A stretch of DNA of 64,000 nt from an uncultured Bacteroidota bacterium (GCA_942493315.1 OW818690.1:942696-1006695); one strand, 5' to 3'; numbered from the stretch's first letter, positions 28,462 to 39,020 are shown. Program-made: numbers and translations. The notes: generated by a model from the sequence alone, not told the origin.

Positions 28462-28851
28462 TTAACTATCTTCAGAAGGATAAAGAACATCTATAATATG
28501 AAAAAATAAAAAACTGATTTTATAATTAATAAATTGGTGAAATTGATTTAAAATTTGCAGTTTTGATTGATTTTGCAGAATTTTTTCAATGAAAGGGATT
28601 TGATTAGGATCAAAAAAATAATTTGTAAGAGGAAAAGATAATTTTTGGAATTTTTTTGCAGAAAGTTGAAATGTGCTCTTTTTATCAGAGATAGAACTAA
28701 CCCATTCTGTTTTAGTAATATGTTGGTTCCATCCCCAATAATCCAAAAGTTTTCCGGATGGATTGTAAAATGATAATACAGTAAAAAGGAGTAAATAAAA
28801 CATAAAATAAAATGATGCGCAAAAGTAATAAATATTATATTTGCAGATCAT
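28462..28851 (-). CDS. Hypothetical protein (start uncertain)
   Basis: ORF only. Its 5' end overlaps the promoter box of the divergent gene. Confidence 0.2.
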   Translation of the reverse strand: MICKYNIYYFCASFYFMFYLLLFTVLSFYNPSGKLLDYWGWNQHITKTEWVSSISDKKSTFQLSAKKFQKLSFPLTNYFFDPNQIPFIEKILQNQSKLQILNQFHQFINYKISFLFFHIIDVLYPSEDS

Positions 28852-28875
28852 TAATAATTTCTTAAAAATTTAAAT

Positions 28876-29292
28876 ATGAAAAAAAATGTAATTTTATTAA
28901 TTTTAGGAATCCTATGTACATCTTTCATCTTTGCACAAAAAGATTCGCTATTTGTATCAATTAACGGAGGACAAAAATCACTTTTTGGTCATTTAAAATA
29001 TAATTATTATCACTTTCAGCACCATTCAAATATGTGTGACTCTTTAATTTGTTTAGAACCAGGTTATGAAGCTTGTAAAATTTCAAAAAACTATATCAAG
29101 TATGACGATATTAAAGATTGTAATTACAAAACATTTAACAAAGCGATTCTTAAAACAATCAAATATATCAAAAAACATCAACTTGAGTCAGGTGAATTTA
29201 CAGAAAAAATACATGATAGAATTGTAGTTATTCAATTCAAAAATGGAACCCCAAAAGGAGAAGGAATTTTTTTAATTCAAGTTCTAAAATAA
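28876..29292 (+). CDS. Secreted hypothetical protein
   Basis: Signal peptide. A TATATTTG box lies at 28836-28843. Confidence 0.4.
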   Translation: MKKNVILLILGILCTSFIFAQKDSLFVSINGGQKSLFGHLKYNYYHFQHHSNMCDSLICLEPGYEACKISKNYIKYDDIKDCNYKTFNKAILKTIKYIKKHQLESGEFTEKIHDRIVVIQFKNGTPKGEGIFLIQVLK

Positions 29293-29324
29293 GGGCTTAT
29301 TTACCGAGTCCATCAAAAGACATA

Positions 29325-31538
29325 TTAATTGACATATTGGGGCAAATATTTATCAATGATTTGGAAAAGATCTGTTGGTTTTACCGGTTTGGAGAGATAA
29401 TCATCAAAATATTGATGGAGCATTTGGGTTTTATCATTTTCCTGAACAAATGCAGTTTGTGCAATAATGGTGATTGAATTATTTAGGGATCGAATCAGTT
29501 TGGAAGCTTCATAACCATCCATAATAGGCATTTGAATATCTAAAAGAGCGATATCAATATCTTTAATTTGGTTTACGAGTTCAACAGCTTCTGCACCGCT
29601 GGTAACACTATATACCTCATATCCTCTTTTTTTCAATATCAAAGTCAGATATTTGAGTGAAGAATCATCATCTTCAGCAACAATGATTTTGACAGGTTTA
29701 TTCAATAAATGTTCAGAAGTATTTCTACTATCTTTTATGTTTATTTTAATTTGAGGTGTTGGTTGATGCTTGATCTCCCGTGGAATTGTAAAAGTAAAAC
29801 AACTGCCTTTACCTAATTCAGATTCTACAGAAATGGTTCCTCCCATCATTTCCACATAAGCTTTTGTTATGGAAAGACCTAATCCGGCTCCTTGATTGAT
29901 AGATTGATCCATTCTTTCTGCCTGAATAAATCTTTCAAAAACATCCCGTAGTTTATCCTTTGGAATTCCGATTCCGCTATCTTTTACATAAAATTCAAGA
30001 AAATCTGTTTTATCTTTTACTCCAAATTCAATAAATCCTTTTTCAGTATATTTGATAGCATTTTTAACTAAATTTGTAAGAATAGCATACAATTTTTCCT
30101 TGTCTGTAGAAATAGTTGCTCTGTCATCGGAAACATAAGAGTGATAAGAAAACTTAATATTCTTTTGGGCCACTTCGGGAGTGAAAAAAGTGTAAATATA
30201 GTTCAATTGTGTGTTAATATCCGATTCCTGAACACTTAATGTCATCAAACCTGCTTCAATCTTGGAAATACTGATGATATCATTGATGATATTCAACATT
30301 CTCCTTCCACTCTTTTCAATAATATTCAAATATTGCTCCTGCTCCTGTCCTGTTAAATTTTGTTCCCGTAAAAGATCTGCAAATCCTAAAATCCCATTCA
30401 TCGGGGTACGAATTTCATGGCTCATATTGGCTAAAAACGCTGATTTTAACCGTTCACTCTCTTCTGCTTTCTCTTTGGCTTCCTGCAATTTTTTGTTAAT
30501 GAGCTTATACTCTTCATTTTGAATCGCAATTTTACGGTTTTTATCCCGTAATGTTTTTTCGTAATTTTTACTTTCCGTAATATTTACCCCAATACTGGCA
30601 ATTCCCGATGATTCATTGGAATCTGAAATCAAAAAAGTATTATACCAGGAAAAATAGAGTTTTTCACCCGATTTAGTCAAAATTTGATATTGGTTATTGT
30701 TGATGAATTGTTCGTTATTGTTGTTGATTAAAAACATTTCATACAAATCAGCTTTTAATTCAGGAGGGATGAAAAGATTAAACCAATTTTTATCCATCAC
30801 CTCTTCATAAGTATAACCGGTAATTTTCAATAAATAATTATTGCAATACTTGATAGCTCCGTTTGGTTTCAGAATGATGGAAACAATATTCCCACTTTCC
30901 AGAATTTGCATAAACCTTTTTTCAGATTCCTTGAGTCTGAGCTGAGCTTGTCTGTTTTCAGCATTACGGAACTGATTGATCATTAGAATACCTAAAAGAA
31001 GAGTAGCGGGAGTATATACAAAAGCCAGTGGAATCGCAATTTTTTCTAATGTAATCCAAATTTTTTCAGGAGGTAATAAAAAGGTGCAACATGCCATAGC
31101 GAGATGAACCGTAATTCCCATAGCTAAAAGTTCCCATTTGTATTTTCCGTCTTTCCAGTTTGGTCTGAAATAGCGCCAGAGTAATCCAATCGTTCCTGAA
31201 GAGATAATAACGGCGATCCCCATCCATTGTCCGCCACCGCCCATAAAAAATCGTACTAAGGCGGTAACTACAATTAGAATGACTGTTGGAATAGTGCCAA
31301 AAAAGAGACCTGCAATAGAAATCATGACAGAACGTGTATCAAATACAATTCCGGGCACCCACTCCCATGTCGAAAAAATGATCACAACACCAATACCACT
31401 CAATACGAAACCAATGATAATTTTGGTTAATAAAGATCTTTCCTGATTGTCCTTGATCCAGATATTCTCATACAGCATGGCAAAAGCCAATAAGATGGAG
31501 GTGTTTTGCAATAATGCTAATATGATAGATTCTTTCAT
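29325..31538 (-). CDS. Hybrid sensor histidine kinase / response regulator (5TMR-LYT-type membrane domain, PAS, HisKA, HATPase, REC)
   Basis: H-box SHEIRTPMNGILG, G-boxes DSGIGIP and GAGLGLSI, and REC motifs VAEDD..LLDIQMPIMDG..LSKP. The N-terminal 5-6 TM segment resembles LytS-type domains. Confidence 0.85.
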   Translation of the reverse strand: MKESIILALLQNTSILLAFAMLYENIWIKDNQERSLLTKIIIGFVLSGIGVVIIFSTWEWVPGIVFDTRSVMISIAGLFFGTIPTVILIVVTALVRFFMGGGGQWMGIAVIISSGTIGLLWRYFRPNWKDGKYKWELLAMGITVHLAMACCTFLLPPEKIWITLEKIAIPLAFVYTPATLLLGILMINQFRNAENRQAQLRLKESEKRFMQILESGNIVSIILKPNGAIKYCNNYLLKITGYTYEEVMDKNWFNLFIPPELKADLYEMFLINNNNEQFINNNQYQILTKSGEKLYFSWYNTFLISDSNESSGIASIGVNITESKNYEKTLRDKNRKIAIQNEEYKLINKKLQEAKEKAEESERLKSAFLANMSHEIRTPMNGILGFADLLREQNLTGQEQEQYLNIIEKSGRRMLNIINDIISISKIEAGLMTLSVQESDINTQLNYIYTFFTPEVAQKNIKFSYHSYVSDDRATISTDKEKLYAILTNLVKNAIKYTEKGFIEFGVKDKTDFLEFYVKDSGIGIPKDKLRDVFERFIQAERMDQSINQGAGLGLSITKAYVEMMGGTISVESELGKGSCFTFTIPREIKHQPTPQIKINIKDSRNTSEHLLNKPVKIIVAEDDDSSLKYLTLILKKRGYEVYSVTSGAEAVELVNQIKDIDIALLDIQMPIMDGYEASKLIRSLNNSITIIAQTAFVQENDKTQMLHQYFDDYLSKPVKPTDLFQIIDKYLPQYVN

Positions 31539-31702
31539 ATTTTAATTTTTACTTTTTGGGGACTTGAATAAACTGCAAAATTAAGAAAAAATTGATATAA
31601 AACAAAATTTAATAAAATCCACCTACTAATGCAACATTTTATCCCTTTTTGAAAAGAAATTATCCTATTTTTGCCAATTATTAATTCAAAAAATTCAAAA
31701 AT

Positions 31703-32143
31703 ATGGAAAACAAAATCGATAAATCAAAAATGCTCCAATCTCACGTCATTTTAGTAAATGATGCGGTTAATTTTAAAGGAACTGTAGAAGGTAATCCTTC
31801 TATCTCGATAGATTATACTCCTCCATTGGGAAACAACTTGGGATACACTTCATTAGAACTCTTTTTATTGAGTTTATCTTCCTGTATGGGAACGGCTTTA
31901 TTGGCCATTCTTAGAAAAATGAGAAAAGAGATTGCCCATTTTGAAATTTACTCAGAAGGGGAAAGAAAAAGTGAACATCCTGCTGGATTTCAAAATATTA
32001 CCATTATGATTCACGTGAAATCTAATGGTTTAACAGATACTGAAATGGTAAGAGCTATTCAATCTATGGAAGCGATTTGCCCTGTTTTATCTATGGTAAA
32101 CGAAAAAGTGGATATTCAAACCATGTTCCAGATCATGGCCTAA
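31703..32143 (+). CDS. OsmC-family peroxiredoxin-like protein
   Basis: 146 aa with two Cys in OsmC-like contexts (LSLSSCMG, EAICPV). A TATTTTTG box lies at 31666-31673. Confidence 0.65.
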   Translation: MENKIDKSKMLQSHVILVNDAVNFKGTVEGNPSISIDYTPPLGNNLGYTSLELFLLSLSSCMGTALLAILRKMRKEIAHFEIYSEGERKSEHPAGFQNITIMIHVKSNGLTDTEMVRAIQSMEAICPVLSMVNEKVDIQTMFQIMA

Positions 32144-32145
32144 TC

Positions 32146-32925
32146 TTAGGAAATGATCAGACTGGTCATACTTAAACTCCCACCCACTAAATGATCATTG
32201 AAAAGGGTCACCTTTTCGTTCTCTTGTTGTAAACTTAAAATATACAACAAGGGAAGAAAATGATCAGGGGATGGAATCGCAAATTGTATTTCCGGTGAAC
32301 CGTTTTTATAATTGATCAATTGATCGTATTTCTTATTGATTATCAGATCATTGATCTCATTATGTGCATCAATAGCCCACTGATAACCATAATCGATCTG
32401 ATCCATATTGTCGTAGTCCACAGCTCTTAAATTGTGAATAATATTTCCTGAACCCACAATCAAAACACCCTCTTCTCTCAATTGGAGTAAGTATTTGGCT
32501 ATTTCGAAATGGGCATCGGTGGGTTTCAGATAATCGAGACTCAACTGAACAACCGGAATATCGGCATTCGGATACAGGTGTTTAATGACGGACCACGTTC
32601 CGTGATCCAAACCCCACTCATAATCAGGTTCTATCTGAATATCTGGATTTAATGCGATCACCTGTTGTGCCAAATCCGGATCTCCCGGTGCGGGATATTG
32701 CACTTGATAGAGTTCATGTGGAAACCCGCCAAAATCATGTATCGTTCGTGGATGTGTCATGGCTGTGACTTTCGTTCCTTTGATATACCAGTGTGCTGAT
32801 ATACACAATATTGCTTTTGGTTTTTCAATCTGGTTGACCACATTTTTAAATCCATCTACAAAAATGGAGTCTCTGATTGCATTCATGGGATTACCATGTC
32901 CTAAAAAAAGAAGGGGCATCATCAT
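32146..32925 (-). CDS. ygiD: 4,5-DOPA dioxygenase extradiol-like (LigB family)
   Basis: N-terminus PLLFLGHGNPMNA, then ISAHW and HDFGGFP blocks typical of YgiD-type class III extradiol dioxygenases. Confidence 0.8.
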   Translation of the reverse strand: MMMPLLFLGHGNPMNAIRDSIFVDGFKNVVNQIEKPKAILCISAHWYIKGTKVTAMTHPRTIHDFGGFPHELYQVQYPAPGDPDLAQQVIALNPDIQIEPDYEWGLDHGTWSVIKHLYPNADIPVVQLSLDYLKPTDAHFEIAKYLLQLREEGVLIVGSGNIIHNLRAVDYDNMDQIDYGYQWAIDAHNEINDLIINKKYDQLINYKNGSPEIQFAIPSPDHFLPLLYILSLQQENEKVTLFNDHLVGGSLSMTSLIIS

Positions 32926-32933
32926 AGTAATGT

Positions 32934-34010
32934 TTAGTAAATAAATGGAATAATCCTATATGGTACTTTTTGGGTATATTGCTTCCACAAATCGCCATAT
33001 TTTCTTTGACACCTTTTGTCATCCGCATATTGACGTGGGAAAAGAAGTAAAACATAATACAACGGATAGATCCATACCCAGTAAACATCAGGATATCCCA
33101 CACTAAGGGCGATTCCTACGCCCATCAAAACTTCGCCCAAATAGTTGATATGTCGGCTCACACCCCAGAAACCATTGACCAATAATGTTTTGTTTCCATC
33201 CGATATTGTTTGGGGTTTTATTCCTAAGAAGGAGCGTGTTGGGTTGATTTTAAAGAAATATTTTTGCATATTGGCTCCTCTTGCCAGTGTCCAGCCCATC
33301 AGAAAGATGATTCCAAAAATAACCAAACCCCAGGCCGGTGTATTGGCTGCAGGGAGATCAACGGTATTCCAGGGAACAACGGCGTAAAGAAAAGGGTAGA
33401 ATGTTAAACAGCCCCAACCTAACTTAACGCCTACTCTTTCAGCAAAAAAATCGTAGGTGTATAAGTGAACTTTTTCAAAAGAGAGGTAATCAACCACAAA
33501 AAAAGTGATCATGGCAGCACACAGTAATATGTTGGGAGAGAGGGATCCAAAACGGTTGTAATGGTGAGCCATAAAACTCAGCACATTAAGTTCCAGCATA
33601 ACGGCACCCACCAGATAGAGCCACATTTTAGCATCGATACGACCCTTTTGAAATTGGGGATTTTCAAGTCTTCCAAAGAAAAGATCCACTAAAAAAGGTT
33701 TTCCGGTAGAAGGGTAGGGAAGTACGATGGCCAGAGAAAAGATCAGTCCGAATGTAAAAGCACCGGCAAGACTATACCAGCGGATCTCGTACAACCAATC
33801 GAATGGCGCCCAGTTCAAGTTTCCGAGTATGGCCCAAAGTGCTACGGTAATGATCAGAACAATCCTTCCGTTTAGTCTATAGTGTAATAGTTCACCGGTT
33901 TTAGAATCGGTGACATAGCCGGCCATTTTCCGTCCGGGAACGAAATAGTTTAACAATGTGATCAGGAAATAGATCACCCAGGGGGTAAAGAAACCTAGAA
34001 GTATTTTCAT
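32934..34010 (-). CDS. ERG4/ERG24 sterol-reductase-family membrane protein
   Basis: Polytopic, with LLVNGFWGVSRHINYLGEVLMG and a C-terminal C-x2-K-Y-G-x2-W block (DDKRCQRKYGDLWKQY), as in delta14/7-dehydrocholesterol reductases. Confidence 0.7.
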   Translation of the reverse strand: MKILLGFFTPWVIYFLITLLNYFVPGRKMAGYVTDSKTGELLHYRLNGRIVLIITVALWAILGNLNWAPFDWLYEIRWYSLAGAFTFGLIFSLAIVLPYPSTGKPFLVDLFFGRLENPQFQKGRIDAKMWLYLVGAVMLELNVLSFMAHHYNRFGSLSPNILLCAAMITFFVVDYLSFEKVHLYTYDFFAERVGVKLGWGCLTFYPFLYAVVPWNTVDLPAANTPAWGLVIFGIIFLMGWTLARGANMQKYFFKINPTRSFLGIKPQTISDGNKTLLVNGFWGVSRHINYLGEVLMGVGIALSVGYPDVYWVWIYPLYYVLLLFPRQYADDKRCQRKYGDLWKQYTQKVPYRIIPFIY

Positions 34011-34789
34011 CGGGATAAATTTTTAGTATTATTTTTCATAATTGAGATGGCCCATTTTTTAGGAAATAGTGTTCCCATAACAAAACGAGCGATTTTGTTC
34101 ATCAAGCCGGGTGTAACGATAGGACCATTTCCCAAAGCGTGCAGGGCTTGATGAGCCACTTGATCAGCCTTCAATGTTCCGGGAGCTTTACCTGTCTGGG
34201 CCTGCTCATAACCGGGTGTAATAATCGCGCCTGCGCAACAGCCAACTACATCGATTCCGTAGGGTTTCAGCTCACTCCATAACCCTTCCGCCAGAATCAT
34301 CAGAAACGCTTTAGACGCGGAGTATGACACAATCTTCGGACTACCCTGTAGACCCGACATCGAAGACATAATCACGATGCCCCCTTTTTTGTTGGAGATC
34401 ATTTTCGTAGACAGGTGTTTTATGAGGCGCAAAGGGGTTCTCATATTCACAGAAACAAGGGTATCCAGTTCATGATCAGCCACATCTTTAAAATAGTCGA
34501 TAGGAGCGAAGGCCGCATTATAGACCAGCAAGCCAATCTCGACATCAAGGGTATCCAAATACGATTGAGTTGCCTCAAAATCAGCTAAATCCACCGATTG
34601 AAACAAAACTTCAACGTCATATTGCGATTTCAGTTTTGATGCCAGTTCAGACAATTTATCCCAACGACGAGCCAGCAAGACAAGATGCACTCCCGCTTTT
34701 GCCAGTTCTTCCGCAAAAGCAGCGCCCAATCCCTCAGAAGCCCCGGCAACAACCGCCCATGGACCATAATTGTGTTGGAAATCTTTCAT
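34007..34789 (-). CDS. Short-chain dehydrogenase/reductase (SDR)
   Basis: VAGASEGLGAAFA nucleotide-binding motif and a YSASK catalytic tetrad element. It overlaps the downstream gene by 4 nt. Confidence 0.85.
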   Translation of the reverse strand: MKDFQHNYGPWAVVAGASEGLGAAFAEELAKAGVHLVLLARRWDKLSELASKLKSQYDVEVLFQSVDLADFEATQSYLDTLDVEIGLLVYNAAFAPIDYFKDVADHELDTLVSVNMRTPLRLIKHLSTKMISNKKGGIVIMSSMSGLQGSPKIVSYSASKAFLMILAEGLWSELKPYGIDVVGCCAGAIITPGYEQAQTGKAPGTLKADQVAHQALHALGNGPIVTPGLMNKIARFVMGTLFPKKWAISIMKNNTKNLSR

Positions 34790-34803
34790 AACGTTTTCAT
34801 TTG

Positions 34804-35928
34804 TTAGGTGCTTTTTAAAATATATTCTTTAGGAGTCATTTTCTCATGTTTTTTAAATGCTCTATAAAAAGATGATGGCGTATTAAATCCTACATCATAA
34901 GCAATTTTTTCAATGGTATTCGTTTTCAAATTCTCAATAGTTAATAATTTTTTTGCTTCTGAAATTCTATAAAAATTGATCAAATCAAAAAAACTCATTT
35001 CAAAATATTGATTGATGGTATTAGAAATGTTATGAACATTTTCATTCAAATCGCTGGAAAATCTTGTAATATTTACATTTGAATCCAAATAGGGTTTCCG
35101 GTTTTCTAAATATTTTTTAATTAAATATGCCCGATTTTCAATTTCTTCAGCGATAGGCTCTTGTTTAATTTTTGATACATTTTTTTGATCAATAATAGGA
35201 ACCAATTTTAATAACATTTTGTCTTCATTATTGATAGGATTGGATAAACTTTGATATACAATAAAAATAAATGTAACAGCGGATCCAATAGGCATCAAAT
35301 ATAGAAAAATTTGAATTTTTGGAAATAAAAAGAAAGGAAACATGGTAACAATCCATAAAATAATACAAATCTTGATAAATGAAAGGATCCAATTAAACTT
35401 GATAGATTCAATATTTGAACTAACATGAACAATAACAGATTGATATTTTTTGACTTTTATATAGCTAAGAATAAAATAAAAAAACATTTGAAGAATCATG
35501 ATCATATCGACAATTGATAATCCTAAAGGGATGGAACCACTTTTGATTTGTTTGAAAAATAGGTATTTAAAATCCAAAGAATGCAATCCAAAGTCAATAA
35601 AATACACGAGACAGAAAAAGAAAGGAATTAGATGAATGGTATCTTTTAGATAAAATCTATCTTTTTGACCAATTGTTTTTAACACATAATAATAAAACAA
35701 GGGACTCCATAAAAAATTTAAGAGTAAATGTAATGGGAACACTACAAATGCTACTTTAAAATAACCTAAACTAATAATGGTATTCGAAATTTGGGCTAAA
35801 GTGGGTAAAAGTACAATTATTGCAAGTAAAATATTATGATTATCTTTTGATTTTAATAATAAAATAGTGCTTAAAATTATAGAATTAATGATACAAAAAA
35901 AATTAATGAATGTTGCAAAATTGAACAT
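34804..35928 (-). CDS. Membrane-anchored AraC-family transcriptional regulator (start moved to the ATG at 35928)
   Basis: C-terminal HTH ..IEKIAYDVGFNTPSSFYRAFKKHEKMTPKEY and an N-terminal multi-TM domain. The -7 box at 35952-35959 lies inside the longer tracked ORF. Confidence 0.8.
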   Translation of the reverse strand: MFNFATFINFFCIINSIILSTILLLKSKDNHNILLAIIVLLPTLAQISNTIISLGYFKVAFVVFPLHLLLNFLWSPLFYYYVLKTIGQKDRFYLKDTIHLIPFFFCLVYFIDFGLHSLDFKYLFFKQIKSGSIPLGLSIVDMIMILQMFFYFILSYIKVKKYQSVIVHVSSNIESIKFNWILSFIKICIILWIVTMFPFFLFPKIQIFLYLMPIGSAVTFIFIVYQSLSNPINNEDKMLLKLVPIIDQKNVSKIKQEPIAEEIENRAYLIKKYLENRKPYLDSNVNITRFSSDLNENVHNISNTINQYFEMSFFDLINFYRISEAKKLLTIENLKTNTIEKIAYDVGFNTPSSFYRAFKKHEKMTPKEYILKST

Positions 35929-35951
35929 AATTTTCCCTTTAAAATGTGATA

Positions 35952-35959
35952 CAAAGATA
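35952..35959 (-). promoter_or_regulatory. -7 promoter box (TATCTTTG on the minus strand) for the AraC gene
   Basis: The reverse complement of caaagata is tatctttg, 24 nt upstream of the ATG at 35928. Confidence 0.4.
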
Positions 35960-36043
35960 TAAATTTTTTTATAAAACAAAAACAATCATAGTAATTTAAT
36001 TGCAGTTTCTTTAAACTACAACAATTATGCATATAATGAATTC

Positions 36044-36051
36044 TATATTTG
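36044..36051 (+). promoter_or_regulatory. -7 promoter box (TATATTTG) for the BNR/Ycf48-like gene
   Basis: TAnnTTTG match 30 nt upstream of the ATG at 36081. Confidence 0.4.
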
Positions 36052-36080
36052 TCAAAATTTAAAATCAAAACGTTATTATT

Positions 36081-38147
36081 ATGAAAAAAATTCTTGTTTT
36101 ACTTATGTTATTTGCGTACTTTATAACAAATGCGCAAAATTGGTACTGCCCACATGTCTACGGTGGATTAAATTCAATTCAATTTCTGAATGAAAACTTG
36201 GGATATTCTTTAGGATCAAAAGGGGTATATAAAACGGAGGATGGAGGTTTGAATTGGAGTTTAATTATGAATACTAATAGTGAAATTTACAATACTTCTT
36301 TTTTTATTGACCAAGATACGGGTTATATTGCCAGTCAAACAGGAACTCTTAAAAAAACCACAAATGGGGGAGTAACTTGGACCAATATATCAATTAGTGG
36401 AAATAATGTTTATAAAGACTTACATTTTACTTCTCCTGCTAATGGATTTTTGCTTTTTAGCGGAGGATTACTAAAAACTTCCAATTATGGAGCAAGTTGG
36501 TCTAATGTGCCAACAAATGCGACATCCATGATGATGGATTTTTTCTTTCTAAATGAAACTATAAGTTATATTTGTGGGTTTAATGGAATTATATTAAAAT
36601 CTACAGATGGTGGCAATACATGGTCTTCACTGAATTCCGGAGTTACCTCAACCTTGTATTCGATACATTTTGCAAGTTCATTAATTGGTTTTGCTGTTGG
36701 GGATAATAGTACAATTATTAAAACAATTGATGGTGGGCAAACATGGACACCAATTACGAGTTCAGAAATATCTTCAAGTTATCTAAACGCTGTCTTTTTC
36801 ACTAGTGAAACAATCGGATATATTGGAGCAGGAACTCCTGATGGATCAATTTATAAAACGATAAATGGTGGTAATACCTGGACAAAATGGACTAATCCCA
36901 CAAAATTTTCCATAACAAATTTGAAATTTTTCAACTCTAATTTTGGATATGCATGCGGAAATTCAATTATTCTTAAAACTACAGATGGGGGATCCAATTG
37001 GAATATTTTATCTAGTAGTGCAGGAAATGAACTTTTAGATGTCTTTTTTGCCAACTCTCAAATCGGTTATATTGTTGAAGAAAATGTAGGAATTAGAAAA
37101 TCAACAAATGGTGGAAAAAGTTGGGTTTTACTCAATAATGGAACAGATAGATATTTTAGAAGAACCTATTTTCTCGATCCAAATTTGGGATATGCTATTG
37201 GACATACGATAATGAATGTTGGTTTTATTAAAAAAACCACAGATGGTGGTCTTACCTGGACAACTGTTTACAATGCTACCAGTGGAAGTTTTTATGATAT
37301 AAAATTTGTAAATCCCAATATTGGATTTGTAAGCGGAACAAATGGTGTCATTTTAAAAACATCAAATGGTGGACAAACCTGGACACCTCAGACCACAAAT
37401 ACGACATACACTATAAACGAATGTTGTTTTACAAATGAAAATAATGGTGTTGCTATTGGTTATTCAGGAGTAAGTAATAGTGTGATCATCAGAACAACCA
37501 ATGGAGGATCAACATGGACCACTTTAACAAATCCCGCAACCTCATGGTTAATAACTATTGATTTTTCCAGTGAAAATGTTGGGTATATTGCAGGAAGCAA
37601 TATAATTTTAAAAACAATCGATGGTGGAGCAACTTGGAATATTATCAATAATGAAAGCTCATTACTTTACTCCATTGATTTTTTAACAGAAAACAGAGGA
37701 TTTATTTGTGGATATAATGGAATTTTAGTGGAAACCATTGATGCAGGTGCAAACTGGAATGTTGTGGAGTACGATGGAACATGGACATCACAACAATTAC
37801 ATTCATTACATTGTCCAAATTCAGGTACCGCTTATGTTGTTGGAAAATCAGGCTTTTTAAGAAAATGGAGTGATGGTACTGTCGAAAATATTCAAGATAA
37901 TAATTCAAATATTTCCACTTTTTCTTTGTTTCCAAATCCAACACAAAATAAAGTAAATATTAAATTATTTAAAGAAGTATCAAACAATAAAATTCAAATT
38001 TTAGATTTTGTTGGAAGATTAATGAAACAAGAAATGTGCAATTCCAATGATATTGAAATAGATATAAGTTCGTTACCGGCTGGATTATATTTTGTAATAA
38101 TTGAAAATAATGGAATTTTTTCTACTCAAAAATTAATCAAACAATAA
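36081..38147 (+). CDS. Ycf48/sortilin-type BNR-like beta-propeller repeat protein with a T9SS C-terminal domain
   Basis: 13 repeats of the (T/S)x(D/N)GGxxW type (TEDGGLNW, TTNGGVTW, STDGGNTW and others). The C-terminal FSLFPNPTQNKVNI..GLYFVIIENNG..QKLIKQ is a sorting domain. Confidence 0.7.
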   Translation: MKKILVLLMLFAYFITNAQNWYCPHVYGGLNSIQFLNENLGYSLGSKGVYKTEDGGLNWSLIMNTNSEIYNTSFFIDQDTGYIASQTGTLKKTTNGGVTWTNISISGNNVYKDLHFTSPANGFLLFSGGLLKTSNYGASWSNVPTNATSMMMDFFFLNETISYICGFNGIILKSTDGGNTWSSLNSGVTSTLYSIHFASSLIGFAVGDNSTIIKTIDGGQTWTPITSSEISSSYLNAVFFTSETIGYIGAGTPDGSIYKTINGGNTWTKWTNPTKFSITNLKFFNSNFGYACGNSIILKTTDGGSNWNILSSSAGNELLDVFFANSQIGYIVEENVGIRKSTNGGKSWVLLNNGTDRYFRRTYFLDPNLGYAIGHTIMNVGFIKKTTDGGLTWTTVYNATSGSFYDIKFVNPNIGFVSGTNGVILKTSNGGQTWTPQTTNTTYTINECCFTNENNGVAIGYSGVSNSVIIRTTNGGSTWTTLTNPATSWLITIDFSSENVGYIAGSNIILKTIDGGATWNIINNESSLLYSIDFLTENRGFICGYNGILVETIDAGANWNVVEYDGTWTSQQLHSLHCPNSGTAYVVGKSGFLRKWSDGTVENIQDNNSNISTFSLFPNPTQNKVNIKLFKEVSNNKIQILDFVGRLMKQEMCNSNDIEIDISSLPAGLYFVIIENNGIFSTQKLIKQ

Positions 38148-38285
38148 AATCGATTTTGATTTGACAAATAATAACATTTCCCATGGCTGAGATCCTTTCT
38201 CATAAAATCAAAAAAACAGTTTAAGTTTCAGCCATTGGAAGTGTAACGTCTTTTTTCTCCCGTCCCCAGTCCTTCGTCCTTCGTC

Positions 38286-38414
38286 CTAGTTCTCCCGATT
38301 TTCAAAATCCTCTTTCTTCCCCACTCTTTTAATAATCAGATAGACAATAAGAGCCACGCATGCTGCAATAAACAAGCCGTACAAAACGGTCATAGCGATA
38401 CCAAAAAACTTCAT
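38286..38414 (-). CDS. Possible 42-aa single-TM peptide downstream of ybjQ
   Basis: My manual translation is MKFFGIAMTVLYGLFIAACVALIVYLIIKRVGKKEDFENREN*. The ATG lies 1 nt after the ybjQ stop. It is below the ORF-track size cut-off. Confidence 0.25.
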   Translation of the reverse strand: MKFFGIAMTVLYGLFIAACVALIVYLIIKRVGKKEDFENREN

Positions 38415-38415
38415 A

Positions 38416-38730
38416 TTATCCTAATTTTACCGCGGTTCCGTAAGCTAAGATTTCAGAAGCTCCTTGCATAATCATAGAAGTAGCCAGGCGAAAACCGATG
38501 ATAGCATCAGCACCCATACGTTCAGCATCCTGAACCATTCTGAACATCGCTTGTTCTCTCGATTGTGCCTGAAGTTTGGTATACTCTTCGATCTCTCCGC
38601 CCACAATATTTTTCAATCCGGCGAATATATCCTGACCAATATTTTTAGCACGAACGGTACTTCCTCTCGCCACGCCTAATAGTTCAACAATCACTCTGTT
38701 AGGAATTGTTTCAGTTGTTGTAATAATCAT
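38416..38730 (-). CDS. ybjQ: YbjQ-family (UPF0145) protein
   Basis: MIITTTETIP..GVARGSTVRAKNIGQDIFAGLKNIVGGEI.EYT.L....REQA..RM...A...GADAIIG.R is the characteristic family pattern. Confidence 0.85.
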   Translation of the reverse strand: MIITTTETIPNRVIVELLGVARGSTVRAKNIGQDIFAGLKNIVGGEIEEYTKLQAQSREQAMFRMVQDAERMGADAIIGFRLATSMIMQGASEILAYGTAVKLG

Positions 38731-39012
38731 AATCTCTATATTTTAAATGAATTAATATTTGAATCAAATACGAAGCGCAAATATAAAAAAAAGATCAATA
38801 CCCGATTCACAAAAAAATGGATAGTGGAGAAAAGTCAGCAGTCAGCGGTCGGCAGTCAGCATTTTTTTGCTGTTGGGTTTTAGGTTTTGGGTTTTAGAAT
38901 TTTTCATTCGCCTTTAGCCTTTAGCCTTTCGCCCTTCGCCTTTTGCCCTTCACCATTTGTATTTTCCATTATACAATTTAACTTCTATTTTGTATTTTAT
39001 AAAATATAATTG

Positions 39013-39020
39013 TATCTTTG
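39013..39020 (+). promoter_or_regulatory. -7 promoter box (TATCTTTG) for the AAA ATPase gene
   Basis: It overlaps the TTG start tracked at 39018, which supports the ATG at 39036. Confidence 0.4.
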
